Shown in pieces: positions 45,001 to 60,000 of a DNA stretch of 64,000 bases (position 1 is the first letter of the stretch; the number at the start of each line of letters is the position of its first letter). The notes beneath the pieces were generated by a model. The model ran no database searches. It was not told the DNA's origin and was given only the letters and a program-made list of their open reading frames with translations. The DNA is from Eledone cirrhosa (Eukaryota). Location: assembly GCA_964016885.1 (NCBI GenBank), contig OZ024748.1, positions 26,350,001 to 26,414,000 on the forward strand. The letters run 5' to 3'. Position numbers and translations under genes: made by a program.

Positions 45001-48000
45001 ACCTACAAGCACAGCTGAAAAGATCACTGAAACTATAACAGACACAACAGCAACAACAACACAGCTTCCTTCAACAAGTGAAATCCATATAGAAACTCCT
45101 AAATCTACTTCTGAACTGCCTCATATAACTGACATTGAAACAAGTACAGTGGAAAGAACAACACAAATTACAGATATTGAAACTGAACGCACAACTCAGA
45201 CAGAAATTACACCACAACTAACGACATCTCCTGAAGAAACAACTCTGTCTACTGAGGTAGAGGACATCGAAAAGGTGACACCAACACAAGTTGCTAGCAC
45301 AATGCATACATCACCTGAAACGACAGTTGTTTCATCTCCAGAACACACCTCTATAACACCTACAGATGAACTTACTAGTATTGAATATACAACTGAGACA
45401 TCAACTGAAAAACCACTACCTATAAAGACACCTACAAGCACAGCAGAAAAGATCACTGAAACTAGAACAGACACAACAGCAACAACATCACAGCTTCCTT
45501 CAACAAGTGAAATCCATATAGAAACTCCTAAATCTACTTCTGAACTGCCTCATATAACTGACATTGAAACAAGTACAGTGGAAAGAACAACACAAATTAC
45601 AGATATTGAAACTGAACGCACAACTCAGACAGAAATTACACCACAACTAACAACATCTCCTGAAGAAACAACGCTGTCTACTCAGGTAGAGGACATCGAA
45701 AGGGTGACACCAACACAAGTTGATAGCACAATGCATACATCACCTGAAAGAAAAGTTGTTTCATCTCCTGAACACACCTCTATAACACCTACAGATGAAC
45801 TTACTAGTATTGAATATACAACTGTGACATCAACTGAAAAACCACTACCTATAAAGACACCTACAAGCACAGCTGAAAAGATCACTGAAACTATAACAGA
45901 CACAACAGCAAGAACATCACAGCTTCCTTCAACAAGTGAAATCCATATAGAAACTCCTAAATCTACTTCTGAACTGCCTCATATAACAGACATTGAAACA
46001 AGTACAATGGAAAGAACAACACAAGTTACAGATATTGAAACTGAACACACAACTCAGACAGAAATTACACCACAACTAACAACATCTCCTGAAGAAACAA
46101 CTCTGTCTACTCAGGTAGAGGACATTGAAAAGGTGACACCAACACAAGTTGCTAGCACAATGCATACATCACCTAAAACAACAGTTGTTTCGTCTCCAGA
46201 ACACACCTCTATAACACCTACAGATGAACTTACTAGTATTGAATATACAACTGAGACATCAACTGAAAAACCATTACCTATAAAGACACCTACAAGCACA
46301 GCTGAAAAGATCACTGAAACTATAATAGACACAACAGCAACAACAACACAGCTTCCTTCAACAAGTGAAATCCATATAGAAACTCCTAAATCTACTTCTG
46401 AACTGCCTCATATAACTGACATTGAAACAAGTACAGTGGAAAGAACAACACAAATTACAGATATTGAAACTGAACGCACAACTCAGACAGAAATTACACC
46501 ACAACTAACAACATCTCCTGAAGAAACAACTCTGTCTACTCAGGTAGAGGACATCGAAAAGGTGACACCAACACAAGTTGTTAGCACAATGCATACATCA
46601 CCTGAAACGACAGTTGTTTCATCTCCAGAACACACCTCTATAACACCTACAGATGAACTTACTAGTATTGAATATAGAACTGAGACATCAACTGAAAAAT
46701 CACTACCTACGATAACACCTACAAGCACAGCAGAAAAGATCACTGAAACTAGAACAGACACAACAGCAACAACGTCACAGCTTCCTTCAACAAGTGAAAT
46801 CCATATAGAAACTCCTAAATCTACTTCTGAACTGCCTCATATAACTGACATTGAAACAAGTACAGTGGAAAGAACAACACAAGTTACAGATATTGAAACT
46901 GAGCGCACAACTCAGACAGAAATTACACCACAACAAACAACATCTGAAGAAACAACACTGTCTACTCAGGTAGAGGACATCGTAAAGGTGACACCAACAC
47001 AAGTTGCTAGCACAATGCATACATCACCTGAAACAACAGTTGTTTCATCTCCAGAAATCACCTCTATAACACCTACAGATGAACTTACTAGTATTGAATA
47101 TACAACTGTGACATCAACTGAAAAACCACTACCTATAAAGACACCTACAAGCACAGCTGAAAAGATCACTGAAACTATAACAGACACAACAGCAACAACA
47201 TCACAGCTTCTTTCAACAAGTGAAACCCATATAGAAACTCCTAAATCTACTTCTGAACTGCCTCATATAACTGACATTGAAACAAGTACAGTGGAAAGAA
47301 CAACACAAATTACAGATATTGAAACTGAACGCACAACTCAGACAGAAATTACACCACAACTAACAACATCTCCTGAAGAAACAACTCTGTCTACTCAGGT
47401 AGAGGACATCGAAAAGGTGACACCAACACAAGTTGCTAGCACAATGCATACATCACCTGAAACAACAGTTGTTTCATCTCCCGAACACACCTCTATAACA
47501 CCTACAGATGAACTTACTAGTATTGAATATACAATTGAGACATCAACTGAAAAACCACTACCTATAAAGACACCTACAAGCACAGCTGAAAAGATCACTG
47601 AAACTATAATAGACACAACAGCAACAACATCACAGCTTCCTTCAGCAAGTGAAATCCATATAGAAACTCCTAAATCTACTTCTGAACAGCCTCATATAAC
47701 AGACATTGAAACAAGTACAATGGAAAGAACAACACAAAATACAGATATTGAAACTGAACGCACAACTCAGACAGAAATTACACCACAACTAACAACATCT
47801 CCTGAAGAAACAACTCTGTCTACTCAGGTAGAGGACATCGAAAGGGTGCCACCAACACAAGTTGCTAGCACAATGCATACATCACCTGAAACAACAGTTG
47901 TTTCATCTCCAGAACACACCTCTATAACACCTACAGATGAACTTACTAGTATTGAATATACAACTGAGACATCAACTGAAAAACCACTACCTATAAAGAC

Positions 48001-51000
48001 ACCTACAAGCACAGCTGAAAAGATCACTGAAACTATAACAGACACAACAGCAACAACATCACAGCTTCCTTCAACAAGTGAAATCCATATAGAAACTCCT
48101 AAATCTACTTCTGAACTGCCTCATATAACAGACATTGAAACAAGTACAATGGAAAGAACAACACAAATTACAGATATTGAAACTGAACGCACAACTCAGA
48201 CAGAAATTACACCACAACTAACAACATCTCCTGAAGAAACAACTCTGTTTACTCAGGTAGAGGACATTGAAAAGGTGACACCAACACAAGTTGCTAGCAC
48301 AATGCATACATCACCTGAAACAACAGTTGTTTCGTCTCCAGAACACACCTCTATAACACCTACAGATGAACTTACTAGTATTGAATATAGAACTGAGACA
48401 TCAACTGAAAAATCACTACCTACGATAACACCTACAAGCACAGCAGAAAAGATCACTGAAACTATAATAGACACAACAGCAACAACATCACAGCTTCCTT
48501 CAGCAAGTGAAATCCATATAGAAACTCCTAAATCTACTCCTGAACTGCCTCATAAAGCTGACATTGAAACAAGTACAATGGAAAGAACAACACAAATTAC
48601 AGATATTGAAACTGAACGCACAACTCAGACAGAAATTACACCACAACTAACAACATCTCCTGAAGAAACAACACTGTCTACTCAGGTAGAGGACATTGTA
48701 AAGGTGACACCAACACAAGTTGCTAGCACAATGCATACATCACCTGAAACAACAGTTGTTTCATCTCCAGAAATCACCTCTATAACACCTACAGATGAAC
48801 TTACTAGTATTGAATATACAACTGAGACATCAACTGAAAAAACACTACCTATAAAGACACCTACAAGCACAGCTGAAAAGATCACTGAAACTATAATAGA
48901 CACAACAGCAACAACATCACAGCTTCCTTCAGCAAGTGAAATCCATATAGAAACTCCTAAATCTACTCCTGAACTGCCTCATATAACTGACATTGAAACA
49001 AGTACAGTGGAAAGAACAACACAAATTACAGATATTGAAACTGAACGCACAACTCAGACAGAAATTACACAACAACTAACAACATCTCCTGAAGAAACAA
49101 CTCTGTCTACTCAGGTAGAGGACATCGAAAGGGTGCCACCAACACAAGTTGCTAGCACAATGCATACATCACCTGAAACAACAGTTGTTTCATCTCCAGA
49201 ACACACCTCTATAACACCTACAGATGAACTTACTAGTATTGAATATACAACTGAGACATCAACTGAAAAACCACTACCTATCAAGACACCTACAAGCACA
49301 GCAGAAAAGATCACTGAAACTAGAACAGACACAACAGCAACAACATCACAGCTTCCTTCAACAAGTAAAATCCATATAGAAACTCCTAAATCTACTTCTG
49401 AACTGCCTCATATAACTGACATTGAAACAAGTACAGTGGAAAGAACAACACAAATTACAGATATTGAAACTGAACGCACAACTCAGACAGAAATTACACC
49501 ACCACTAACAACATCTCCTGAAGAAACAACTCTGTCTACTCAGGTAGAGGACATCGAAAAGGTGACACCAACACAAGTTGCTAGCACAATGCATACATCA
49601 CCTGAAACGACAGTTGTTTCATCTCCTGAACACACCTCTATAACACCTACAGATGAACTTACTAGTATTGAATATACAACTGAGACATCAACTGAAAAAA
49701 CACTACCTATAAAGACACCTACAAGCACAGCTGAAAAGATCACTGAAACTATAACAGACACAACAGCAACAACATCACAGCTTCCTTCAACAAGTGAAAT
49801 CCATATAGAAACTCCTAAATCTACTTCTGAACTGCCTCATATAACTGACATTGAAACAAGTACAGTGGAAAGAACAACACAAATTACAGATATTGAAACT
49901 GAACGCACAACTCAGACAGAAATTACACCACAACTAACGACATCTCCTGAAGAAACAACTCTGTCTACTGAGGTAGAGGACATCGAAAAGGTGACACCAA
50001 CACAAGTTGCTAGCACAATGCATACATCACCTGAAAGAAAAGTTGTTTCATCTCCTGAACACACCTCTATAACACCTACAGATGAACTTACTAGTATTGA
50101 ATATACAACTGTGACATCAACTGAAAAACCACTACCTATAAAGACACCTACAAGCACAGCTGAAAAGATCACTGAAACTATAACAGACACAACAGCAAGA
50201 ACATCACAGCTTCCTTCAACAAGTGAAATCCATATAGAAACTCCTAAATCTACTTCTGAACTGCCTCATATAACAGACATTGAAACAAGTACAATGGAAA
50301 GAACAACACAAATTACAGATATTGAAACTGAACACACAACTCAGACAGAAATTACACCACAACTAACAACATCTCCTGAAGAAACAACTCTGTCTACTCA
50401 GGGAGAGGACATTGAAAAGGTGACACCAACACAAGTTGCTAGCACAATGCATACATCACCTAAAACAACAGTTGTTTCGTCTCCAGAACACACCTCTATA
50501 ACACCTACAGATGAACTTACTAGTATTGAATATACAACTGAGACATCAACTGAAAAACCACTACCTATAAAGACACCTACAAGCATAGCTGAAAAGATCA
50601 CTGAAACTATAATAGACACAACAGCAACAACATCACAGCTTCCTTCAGCAAGTGAAATCCATATAGAAACTCCTAAATCTATTTCTGAACAGCCTCATAT
50701 AACAGACATTGAAACAAGTACAATGGAAAGAACAACACAAATTACAGATATTGAAACTGAACGCACAACTCAGACAGAAATTACACCACAACTAACAACA
50801 TCTCCTGAAGAAACAACACTGTCTACTCAGGTAGAGGACATTCAAAAGGTGACACCAACACAAGTTGCTAGCACAATGCATACATCACCTGAAACAACAG
50901 TTGTTTCATCTCCAGAACACACCTCTTTGACACCTACAGATGAACTTACTAGTATTGAATATTCAACTGAGACATCAACTGAAAAACCACTACCTATCAG

Positions 51001-54000
51001 GACACCTACAAGCACAGCAGAAAAGATCAATGAAACTAGAACAGACACAACAGCAACAACATCACAGCTTCCTTCAACAAGTGAAATCCATATAGAAACT
51101 CCTAAATCTACTTCTGAACTGCCTCATATAACTGACATTGAAACAAGTACAGTGGAAAGAACAACACAAGTTACATATATTGAAACTGAGCGCACAACTC
51201 AGACAGAAATTACACCACAACAAACAACATCTGAAGAAACAACACTGTCTACTCAGGTAGAGGACATCGTAAAGGTGACACCAACACAAGTTGCTAGCAC
51301 AATGCATACATCACCTGAAACAACAGTTGTTTCATCTCCAGAAATCACCTCTATAACACCTACAGATGAACTTACTAGTATTGAATATACAACTGTGACA
51401 TCAACTGAAAAACCACTACCTATAAAGACACCTACAAGCACAGCTGAAAAGATCATTGAAACTATAACAGACACAACAGCAAGAACATCACAGCTTCCTT
51501 CAACAAGTGAAATCCATATAGAAACTCCTAAATCTACTTCTGAACTGCCTCATATAACAGACATTGAAACAAGTACAGTGGAAAGAACAACACAAATTAC
51601 AGATATTGAAACTGAACGCACAACTCAGACAGAAATTACACCACAACTAACAACATCTCCTGAAGAAACAACTCTGTCTACTCAGGTAGAGGACATCGAA
51701 AGGGTGACACCAACACAAGTTGCTAGCACAATGCATACATCACCTGAAACAACAGTTGTTTCATCTCCAGAACACACCTCTATAACACCTACAGATGAAC
51801 TTACTAGTATTGAATATATAACTGAGACATCAACTGAAAAACCACTACCTATCAAGACACCTACAAGCACAGCAGAAAAGATCACTGAAACTAGAACAGA
51901 CACAACAGCAACAACATCACAGCTTCCTTCAACAAGTGAAATCCATATAGAAACTCCTAAATCTACTTCTGAACTGCCTCATATAACTGACATTGAAACA
52001 AGTACAGTGGAAAGAACAACACAAATTACAGATATTGAAACTGAACGCACAACTCAGACAGAAATTATACCACAACTAACAACATCTCCTGAAGAAACAA
52101 CTCTGTCTACTCAGGTAGAGGACATCGAAAGGGTGACACCAACACAAGTTGCTAGCACAATGCATACATCACCTGAAACAACAGTTGTTTCATCTCCAGA
52201 ACACACCTCTATAACACCTACAGATGAACTTACTAGTATTGAATATACAACTGAGACATCAACTGAAAAACCACTACCTATAAAGACACCTACAAGCACA
52301 GCTGAAAAGATCACTGAAACTATAACAGACACAACAGCAACAACAACACAGCTTCCTTCAACAAGTGAAATCCATATAGAAACTCCTAAATCTACTTCTG
52401 AACTGCCTCATATAACTGACATTGAAACAAGTACAGTGGAAAGAACAACACAAATTACAGATATTGAAACTGAACGCACAACTCAGACAGAAATTACACC
52501 ACAACTAACAACATCTCCTGAAGAAACAACTCTGTCTACTCAGGTAGAGGACATCGAAAGGGTGCCACCAACACAAGTTGCTAGCACAATGCATACATCA
52601 CCTGAAACAACAGTTGTTTCATCTCCAGAACACACCTCTATAACACCTACAGATGAACTCACTAGTATTGAATATACAACTGAGACATCAACTGAAAAAC
52701 CACTACCTATAAAGACACCTACAAGCACAGCAGAAAAGATCACTGAAACTAGAACAGACACAACAGCAACAACATCACAGCTTCCTTCAACAAGTGAAAT
52801 CCATATAGAAACTCCTAAATCTACTTCTGAACTGCCTCATATAACTGACATTGAAACAAGTACAGTGGAAAGAACAACACAAATTACAGATATTGAAACT
52901 GAACGCACAACTCAGACAGAAATTACACCACAACTAACAACATCTCCTGAAGAAACAACTCTGTCTACTCAGGTAGAGGACATCGAAAGGGTGACACCAA
53001 CACAAGTTGCTAGTACAATGCATACATCACCTGAAACAACAGTTGTTTCATCTCCAGAACACACCTCTATAACACCTACAGATGAACTTACTAGTATTGA
53101 ATATACAACTGAGACATCAACTGAAAAACCACTACCTATAAAGACACCTACAAGCACAGCAGAAAAGATAACTGAAACTATAATAGACACAACAGCAACA
53201 ACATCACAGCTTCCTTCAGCAAGTGAAATCCATATAGAAACTCCTAAATCTACTTCTGAACAGCCTCATATAACAGACATTGAAACAAGTACAATGGAAA
53301 GAACAACACAAATTACAGATATTGAAACTGAACGCACAACTCAGACAGAAATTACACCACAACTAACAACATCTCCTGAAGAAACAACTCTGTCTACTCA
53401 GGGAGAGGACATTGAAAAGGTGACACCAACACAAGTTGCTAGCACAATGCATACATCACCTAAAACAACAGTTGTTTCGTCTCCAGAACACACCTCTATA
53501 ACACCTACAGATGAATTTACTAGTATTGAATATACAACTGAGACATCAACTGAAAAACCATTACCTATAAAGACACCTACAAGCACAGCTGAAAAGATCA
53601 CTGAAACTATAATAGACACAACAGCAACAACATCACAGCTTCCTTCAACAAGTGAAATCCATATAGAAACTCCTAAATCTACTTCTGAACTGCCTCATAT
53701 AACAGACATTGAAACAAGTACAATGGAAAGAACAACACAAATTACAGATATTGAAACTGAACGCACAACTCAGACAGAATTTACACCACAACTAACAACA
53801 TCTCCTGAAGAAACAACTCTGTCTACTCAGGTAGAGGACATCGAAAAGGTGACACCAACACAAGTTGCTAGCACAATGCATACATCACCTGAAAGAACAG
53901 TTGTTTCATCTCCAGAACACACCTCTATAACACCTACAGATGAACTTACTAGTATTGAATATACAACTGAGACATCAACTGAAAAACCACTACCTATAAA

Positions 54001-57000
54001 GACACCTACAAGCACAGCTGAAAAGATCACTGAAACTATAATAGACACAACAGCAACAACATCACAGCTTCCTTCAGCAAGTGAAATCCATATAGAAACT
54101 CCTAAATCTACTTCTGAACAGCCTCATATAACAGACATTGAAACAAGTACAATGGAAAGAACAACACAAATTACAGATATTGAAACTGAACGCACAACTC
54201 AGACAGAAATTACACCACAACTAACAACATCTCCTGAAGAAACAACTCTGTCTACTCAGGTAGAGGACATTGAAAAGGTGACACCAACACAAGTTGCTAG
54301 CACAATGCATACATCACCTGAAACAACAGTTGTTTCATCTCCAGAACACACCTCTTTGACACCTACAGATGAACTTACTAGTATTGAATATTCAACTGAG
54401 ACATCAACTAAAAAACCACTACCTATAAAGACACCTACAAGCACAGCAGAAAAGATCAATGAAACTAGAACAGACACAACAGCAACAACATCACAGCTTC
54501 CTTCAACAAGTGAAATCCATATAGAAACTCCTAAATCTACATCTGAACTGCCTCATATAACTGACATTGAAACAAGTACAGTGGAAAGAACAACACAAAT
54601 TACAGATATTGAAACTGAACGCACAACTCAGACAGAAATTACACCACAACTAACAACATCTCCTGAAGAAACAACTCTGTCTACTCAGGTAGAGGACATC
54701 GAAAAGGTGACACCAACACAAGTTGTTAGCACAATGCATACATCACCTGAAACGACAGTTGTTTCATCTCCAGAACACACCTCTATAACACCTACAGATG
54801 AACTTACTAGTATTGAATATACAACTGAGACATCAACTGAAAAACCACTACCTATCAAGACACCTACAAGCACAGCAGAAAAGATCACTGAAACTAGAAC
54901 AGACACAACAGCAACAACGTCACAGCGTCCTTCAACAAGTGAAATCCATATAGAAACTCCTAAATCTACTTCTGAACTGCCTCATATAACTGACATTGAA
55001 ACAAGTACAGTGCAAAGAACAACACAAGTTACAGATATTGAAACTGAGCGCACAACTCAGACAGAAATTACACCACAACAAACAACATCTGAAGAAACAA
55101 CACTGTCTACTCAGGTAGAGGACATCGTAAAGGTGACACCAACACAAGTTGCTAGCACAATGCATACATCACCTGAAACAACAGTTGTTTCATCTCCAGA
55201 AATCACCTCTATAACACCTACAGATGAACTTACTAGTATTGAATATACAACTGTGACATCAACTCAAAAACCACTACCTATAAAGACACCTACAAGCACA
55301 GCTGAAAAGATCACTGAAACTATAACAGACACAACAGCAACAACATCACAGCTTCTTTCAACAAGTGAAACCCATATAGAAACTCCTAAATCTACTTCTG
55401 AACTGCCTCATATAACTGACATTGAAACAAGTACAGTGGAAAGAACAACACAAATTACAGATATTGAAACTGAACGCACAACTCAGACAGAAATTACACC
55501 ACAACTAACAACATCTCCTGAAGAAACAACTCTGTCTACTCAGGTAGAGGACATCGAAAGGGTGCCACCAACACAAGTTGCTAGCACAATGCATACATCA
55601 CCTGAAACAACAGTTGTTTCATCTCCAGAACACACCTCTATAACACCTACAGATGAACTTACTAGTATTGAATATACAACTGAGACATCAACTGAAAAAC
55701 CACTACCTATCAAGACACCTACAAGCACAGCAGAAAAGATCACTGAAACTAGAACAGACACAACAGCAACAACATCACAGCTTCCTTCAACAAGTGAAAT
55801 CCATATAGAAACTCCTAAATCTACTTCTGAACTGCCTCATATAACAGACATTGAAACAAGTACAATGGAAAGAACAACACAAATTACAGATCTTGAAACT
55901 GAACGCACAACTCAGACAGAAATTACACCACAACTAACAACATCTCCTGAAGAAACAACTCTGTCTACTCAGGTAGAGGACATCGAAAAGGTGACACCAA
56001 CACAAGTTGCTAGCACAATGCATACATCACCTGAAACAACAGTTGTTTCATCTCCAGAACACACCTCTATAACACCTACAGATGAACTTACTAGTATTGA
56101 ATATACAACTGAGACATCAACTGAAAAACCACTACCTATAAAGACACCTACAAGCACAGCTGAAAAGATCACTGAAACTATAACAGACACAACAGCAACA
56201 ACATCACAGCTTCCTTCAACAAGTGAAATCCATATAGAAACTCCTAAATCTACTTCTGAACTGCCTCATATAACTGACATTGAAACAAGTACAGTGGAAA
56301 GAACAACACAAATTACAGATATTGAAACTGAACGCACAACTCAGACAGAAATTACACCACAACTAACGACATCTCCTGAAGAAACAACTCTGTCTACTGA
56401 GGTAGAGGACATCGAAAAGGTGACACCAACACAAGTTGCTAGCACAATGCATACATCACCTGAAACGACAGTTGTTTCATCTCCAGAACACACCTCTATA
56501 ACACCTACAGATGAACTTACTAGTATTGAATATACAACTGAGACATCAACTGAAAAACCACTACCTATCAAGACACCTACAAGCTCAGCAGAAAAGATCA
56601 CTGAAACTAGAACAGACACAACAGCAACAACATCACAGCTTCCTTCAACAAGTGAAATCCATATAGAAACTCCTAAATCTACTTCTGAACTGCCTCATAT
56701 AACTGACATTGAAACAAGTACAGTGGAAAGAACAACACAAATTACAGATATTGAAACTGAACGCACAACTCAGACAGAAATTACACCACAACTAACAACA
56801 TCTCCTGAAGAAACAACGCTGTCTACTCAGGTAGAGGACATCGAAAGGGTGACACCAACACAAGTTGCTAGCACAATGCATACATCACCTGAAAGAAAAG
56901 TTGTTTCATCTCCTGAACACACCTCTATAACACCTACAGATGAACTTACTAGTATTGAATATACAACTGTGACATCAACTGAAAAACCACTACCTATAAA

Positions 57001-60000
57001 GACACCTACAAGCACAGCTGAAAAGATCACTGAAACTATAACAGACACAACAGCAAGAACATCACAGCTTCCTTCAACAAGTGAAATCCATATAGAAACT
57101 CCTAAATCTACTTCTGAACTGCCTCATATAACAGACATTGAAACAAGTAGAATGGAAAGAACAACACAAATTACAGATATTGAAACTGAACACACAACTC
57201 AGACAGAAATTACACCACAACTAACAACATCTCCTGAAGAAACAACTCTGTCTACTCAGGGAGAGGACATTGAAAAGGTGACACCAACACAAGTTGCTAG
57301 CACAATGCATACATCACCTAAAACAACAGTTGTTTCGTCTCCAGAACACACCTCTATAACACCTACAGATGAATTTACTAGTATTGAATATACAACTGAG
57401 ACATCAACTGAAAAACCATTACCTATAAAGACACCTACAAGCACAGCTGAAAAGATCACTGAAACTATAATAGACACAACAGCAACAACATCACAGCTTC
57501 CTTCAACAAGTGAAATCCATATAGAAACTCCTAAATCTACTTCTGAACTGCCTCATATAACAGACATTGAAACAAGTACAATGGAAAGAACAACACAAAT
57601 TACAGATATTGAAACTGAACGCACAACTCAGACAGAATTTACACCACAACTAACAACATCTCCTGAAGAAACAACTCTGTCTACTCAGGTAGAGGACATC
57701 GAAAAGGTGACACCAACACAAGTTGCTAGCACAATGCATACATCACCTGAAACAACAGTTGTTTCATCTCCAGAACACACCTCTTTGACACCTACAGATG
57801 AACTTACTAGTATTGAATATTCAACTGAGACATCAACTAAAAAACCACTACCTATAAAGACACCTACAAGCACAGCAGAAAAGATCAATGAAACTAGAAC
57901 AGACACAACAGCAACAACATCACAGCTTCCTTCAACAAGTGAAATCCATATAGAAACTCCTAAATCTACATCTGAACTGCCTCATATAACTGACATTGAA
58001 ACAAGTACAGTGGAAAGAACAACACAAATTACAGATATTGAAACTGAACGCACAACTCAGACAGAAATTACACCACAACTAACAACATCTCCTGAAGAAA
58101 CAACTCTGTCTACTCAGGTAGAGGACATCGAAAAGGTGACACCAACACAAGTTGTTAGCACAATGCATACATCACCTGAAACGACAGTTGTTTCATCTCC
58201 AGAACACACCTCTATAACACCTACAGATGAACTTACTAGTATTGAATATACAACTGAGACATCAACTGAAAAACCACTACCTATCAAGACACCTACAAGC
58301 ACAGCAGAAAAGATCACTGAAACTAGAACAGACACAACAGCAACAACGTCACAGCGTCCTTCAACAAGTGAAATCCATATAGAAACTCCTAAATCTACTT
58401 CTGAACTGCCTCATATAACTGACATTGAAACAAGTACAGTGCAAAGAACAACACAAGTTACAGATATTGAAACTGAGCGCACAACTCAGACAGAAATTAC
58501 ACCACAACAAACAACATCTGAAGAAACAACACTGTCTACTCAGGTAGAGGACATCGTAAAGGTGACACCAACACAAGTTGCTAGCACAATGCATACATCA
58601 CCTGAAACAACAGTTGTTTCATCTCCAGAAATCACCTCTATAACACCTACAGATGAACTTACTAGTATTGAATATACAACTGTGACATCAACTCAAAAAC
58701 CACTACCTATAAAGACACCTACAAGCACAGCTGAAAAGATCACTGAAACTATAACAGACACAACAGCAACAACATCACAGCTTCTTTCAACAAGTGAAAC
58801 CCATATAGAAACTCCTAAATCTACTTCTGAACTGCCTCATATAACTGACATTGAAACAAGTACAGTGGAAAGAACAACACAAATTACAGATATTGAAACT
58901 GAACGCACAACTCAGACAGAAATTACACCACAACTAACAACATCTCCTGAAGAAACAACTCTGTCTACTCAGGTAGAGGACATCGAAAGGGTGACACCAA
59001 CACAAGTTGCTAGCACAATGCATACATCACCTGAAACAACAGTTGTTTCATCTCCAGAACACACCTCTATAACACCTACAGATGAACTTACTAGTATTGA
59101 ATATACAACTGAGACATCAACTCAAAAACCACTACCTATAAAGACACCTACAAGCACAGCTGAAAAGATCACTGAAACTATAACAGACACAACAGCAACA
59201 ACAACACAGCTTCCTTCAACAAGTGTAATCCATATAGAAACTCCTAAATCTACTTCTGAACTGCCTCATATAACTGACATTGAAACAAGTACAGTGGAAA
59301 GAACAACACAAATTACAGATATTGAAACTGAACGCACAACTCAGACAGAAATTACACCACAACTAACAACATCTCCTGAAGAAACAACTCTGTCTACTCA
59401 GGTAGAGGACATCGAAAGGGTGCCACCAACACAAGTTGCTAGCACAATGCATACATCACCTGAAACAACAGTTGTTTCATCTCCAGAACACACCTCTATA
59501 ACACCTACAGATGAACTCACTAGTATTGAATATACAACTGAGACATCAACTGAAAAACCACTACCTATCAAGACACCTACAAGCACAGCAGAAAAGATAA
59601 CTGAAACTATAATAGACACAACAGCAACAACATCACAGCTTCCTTCAACAAGTGAAATCCATATAGAAACTCCTAAATCTAGTTCTGAACTGCCTCATAT
59701 AACAGACATTGAAACAAGTACAATGGAAAGAACAACACAAATTACAGATATTGAAACTGAACGCACAACTCAGACAGAAATTACACCACAACTAACAACA
59801 TCTCCTGAAGAAACAACTCTGTCTACTCAGGTAGAGGACATTGAAAAGGTGACACCAACACAAGTTGCTAGCACAATGCATACATCACCTGAAACAACAG
59901 TTGTTTCATCTCCAGAACACACCTCTTTGACACCTACAGATGAACTTACTAGTATTGAATATTCAACTGAGACATCAACTGAAATACCACTACCTATCAG

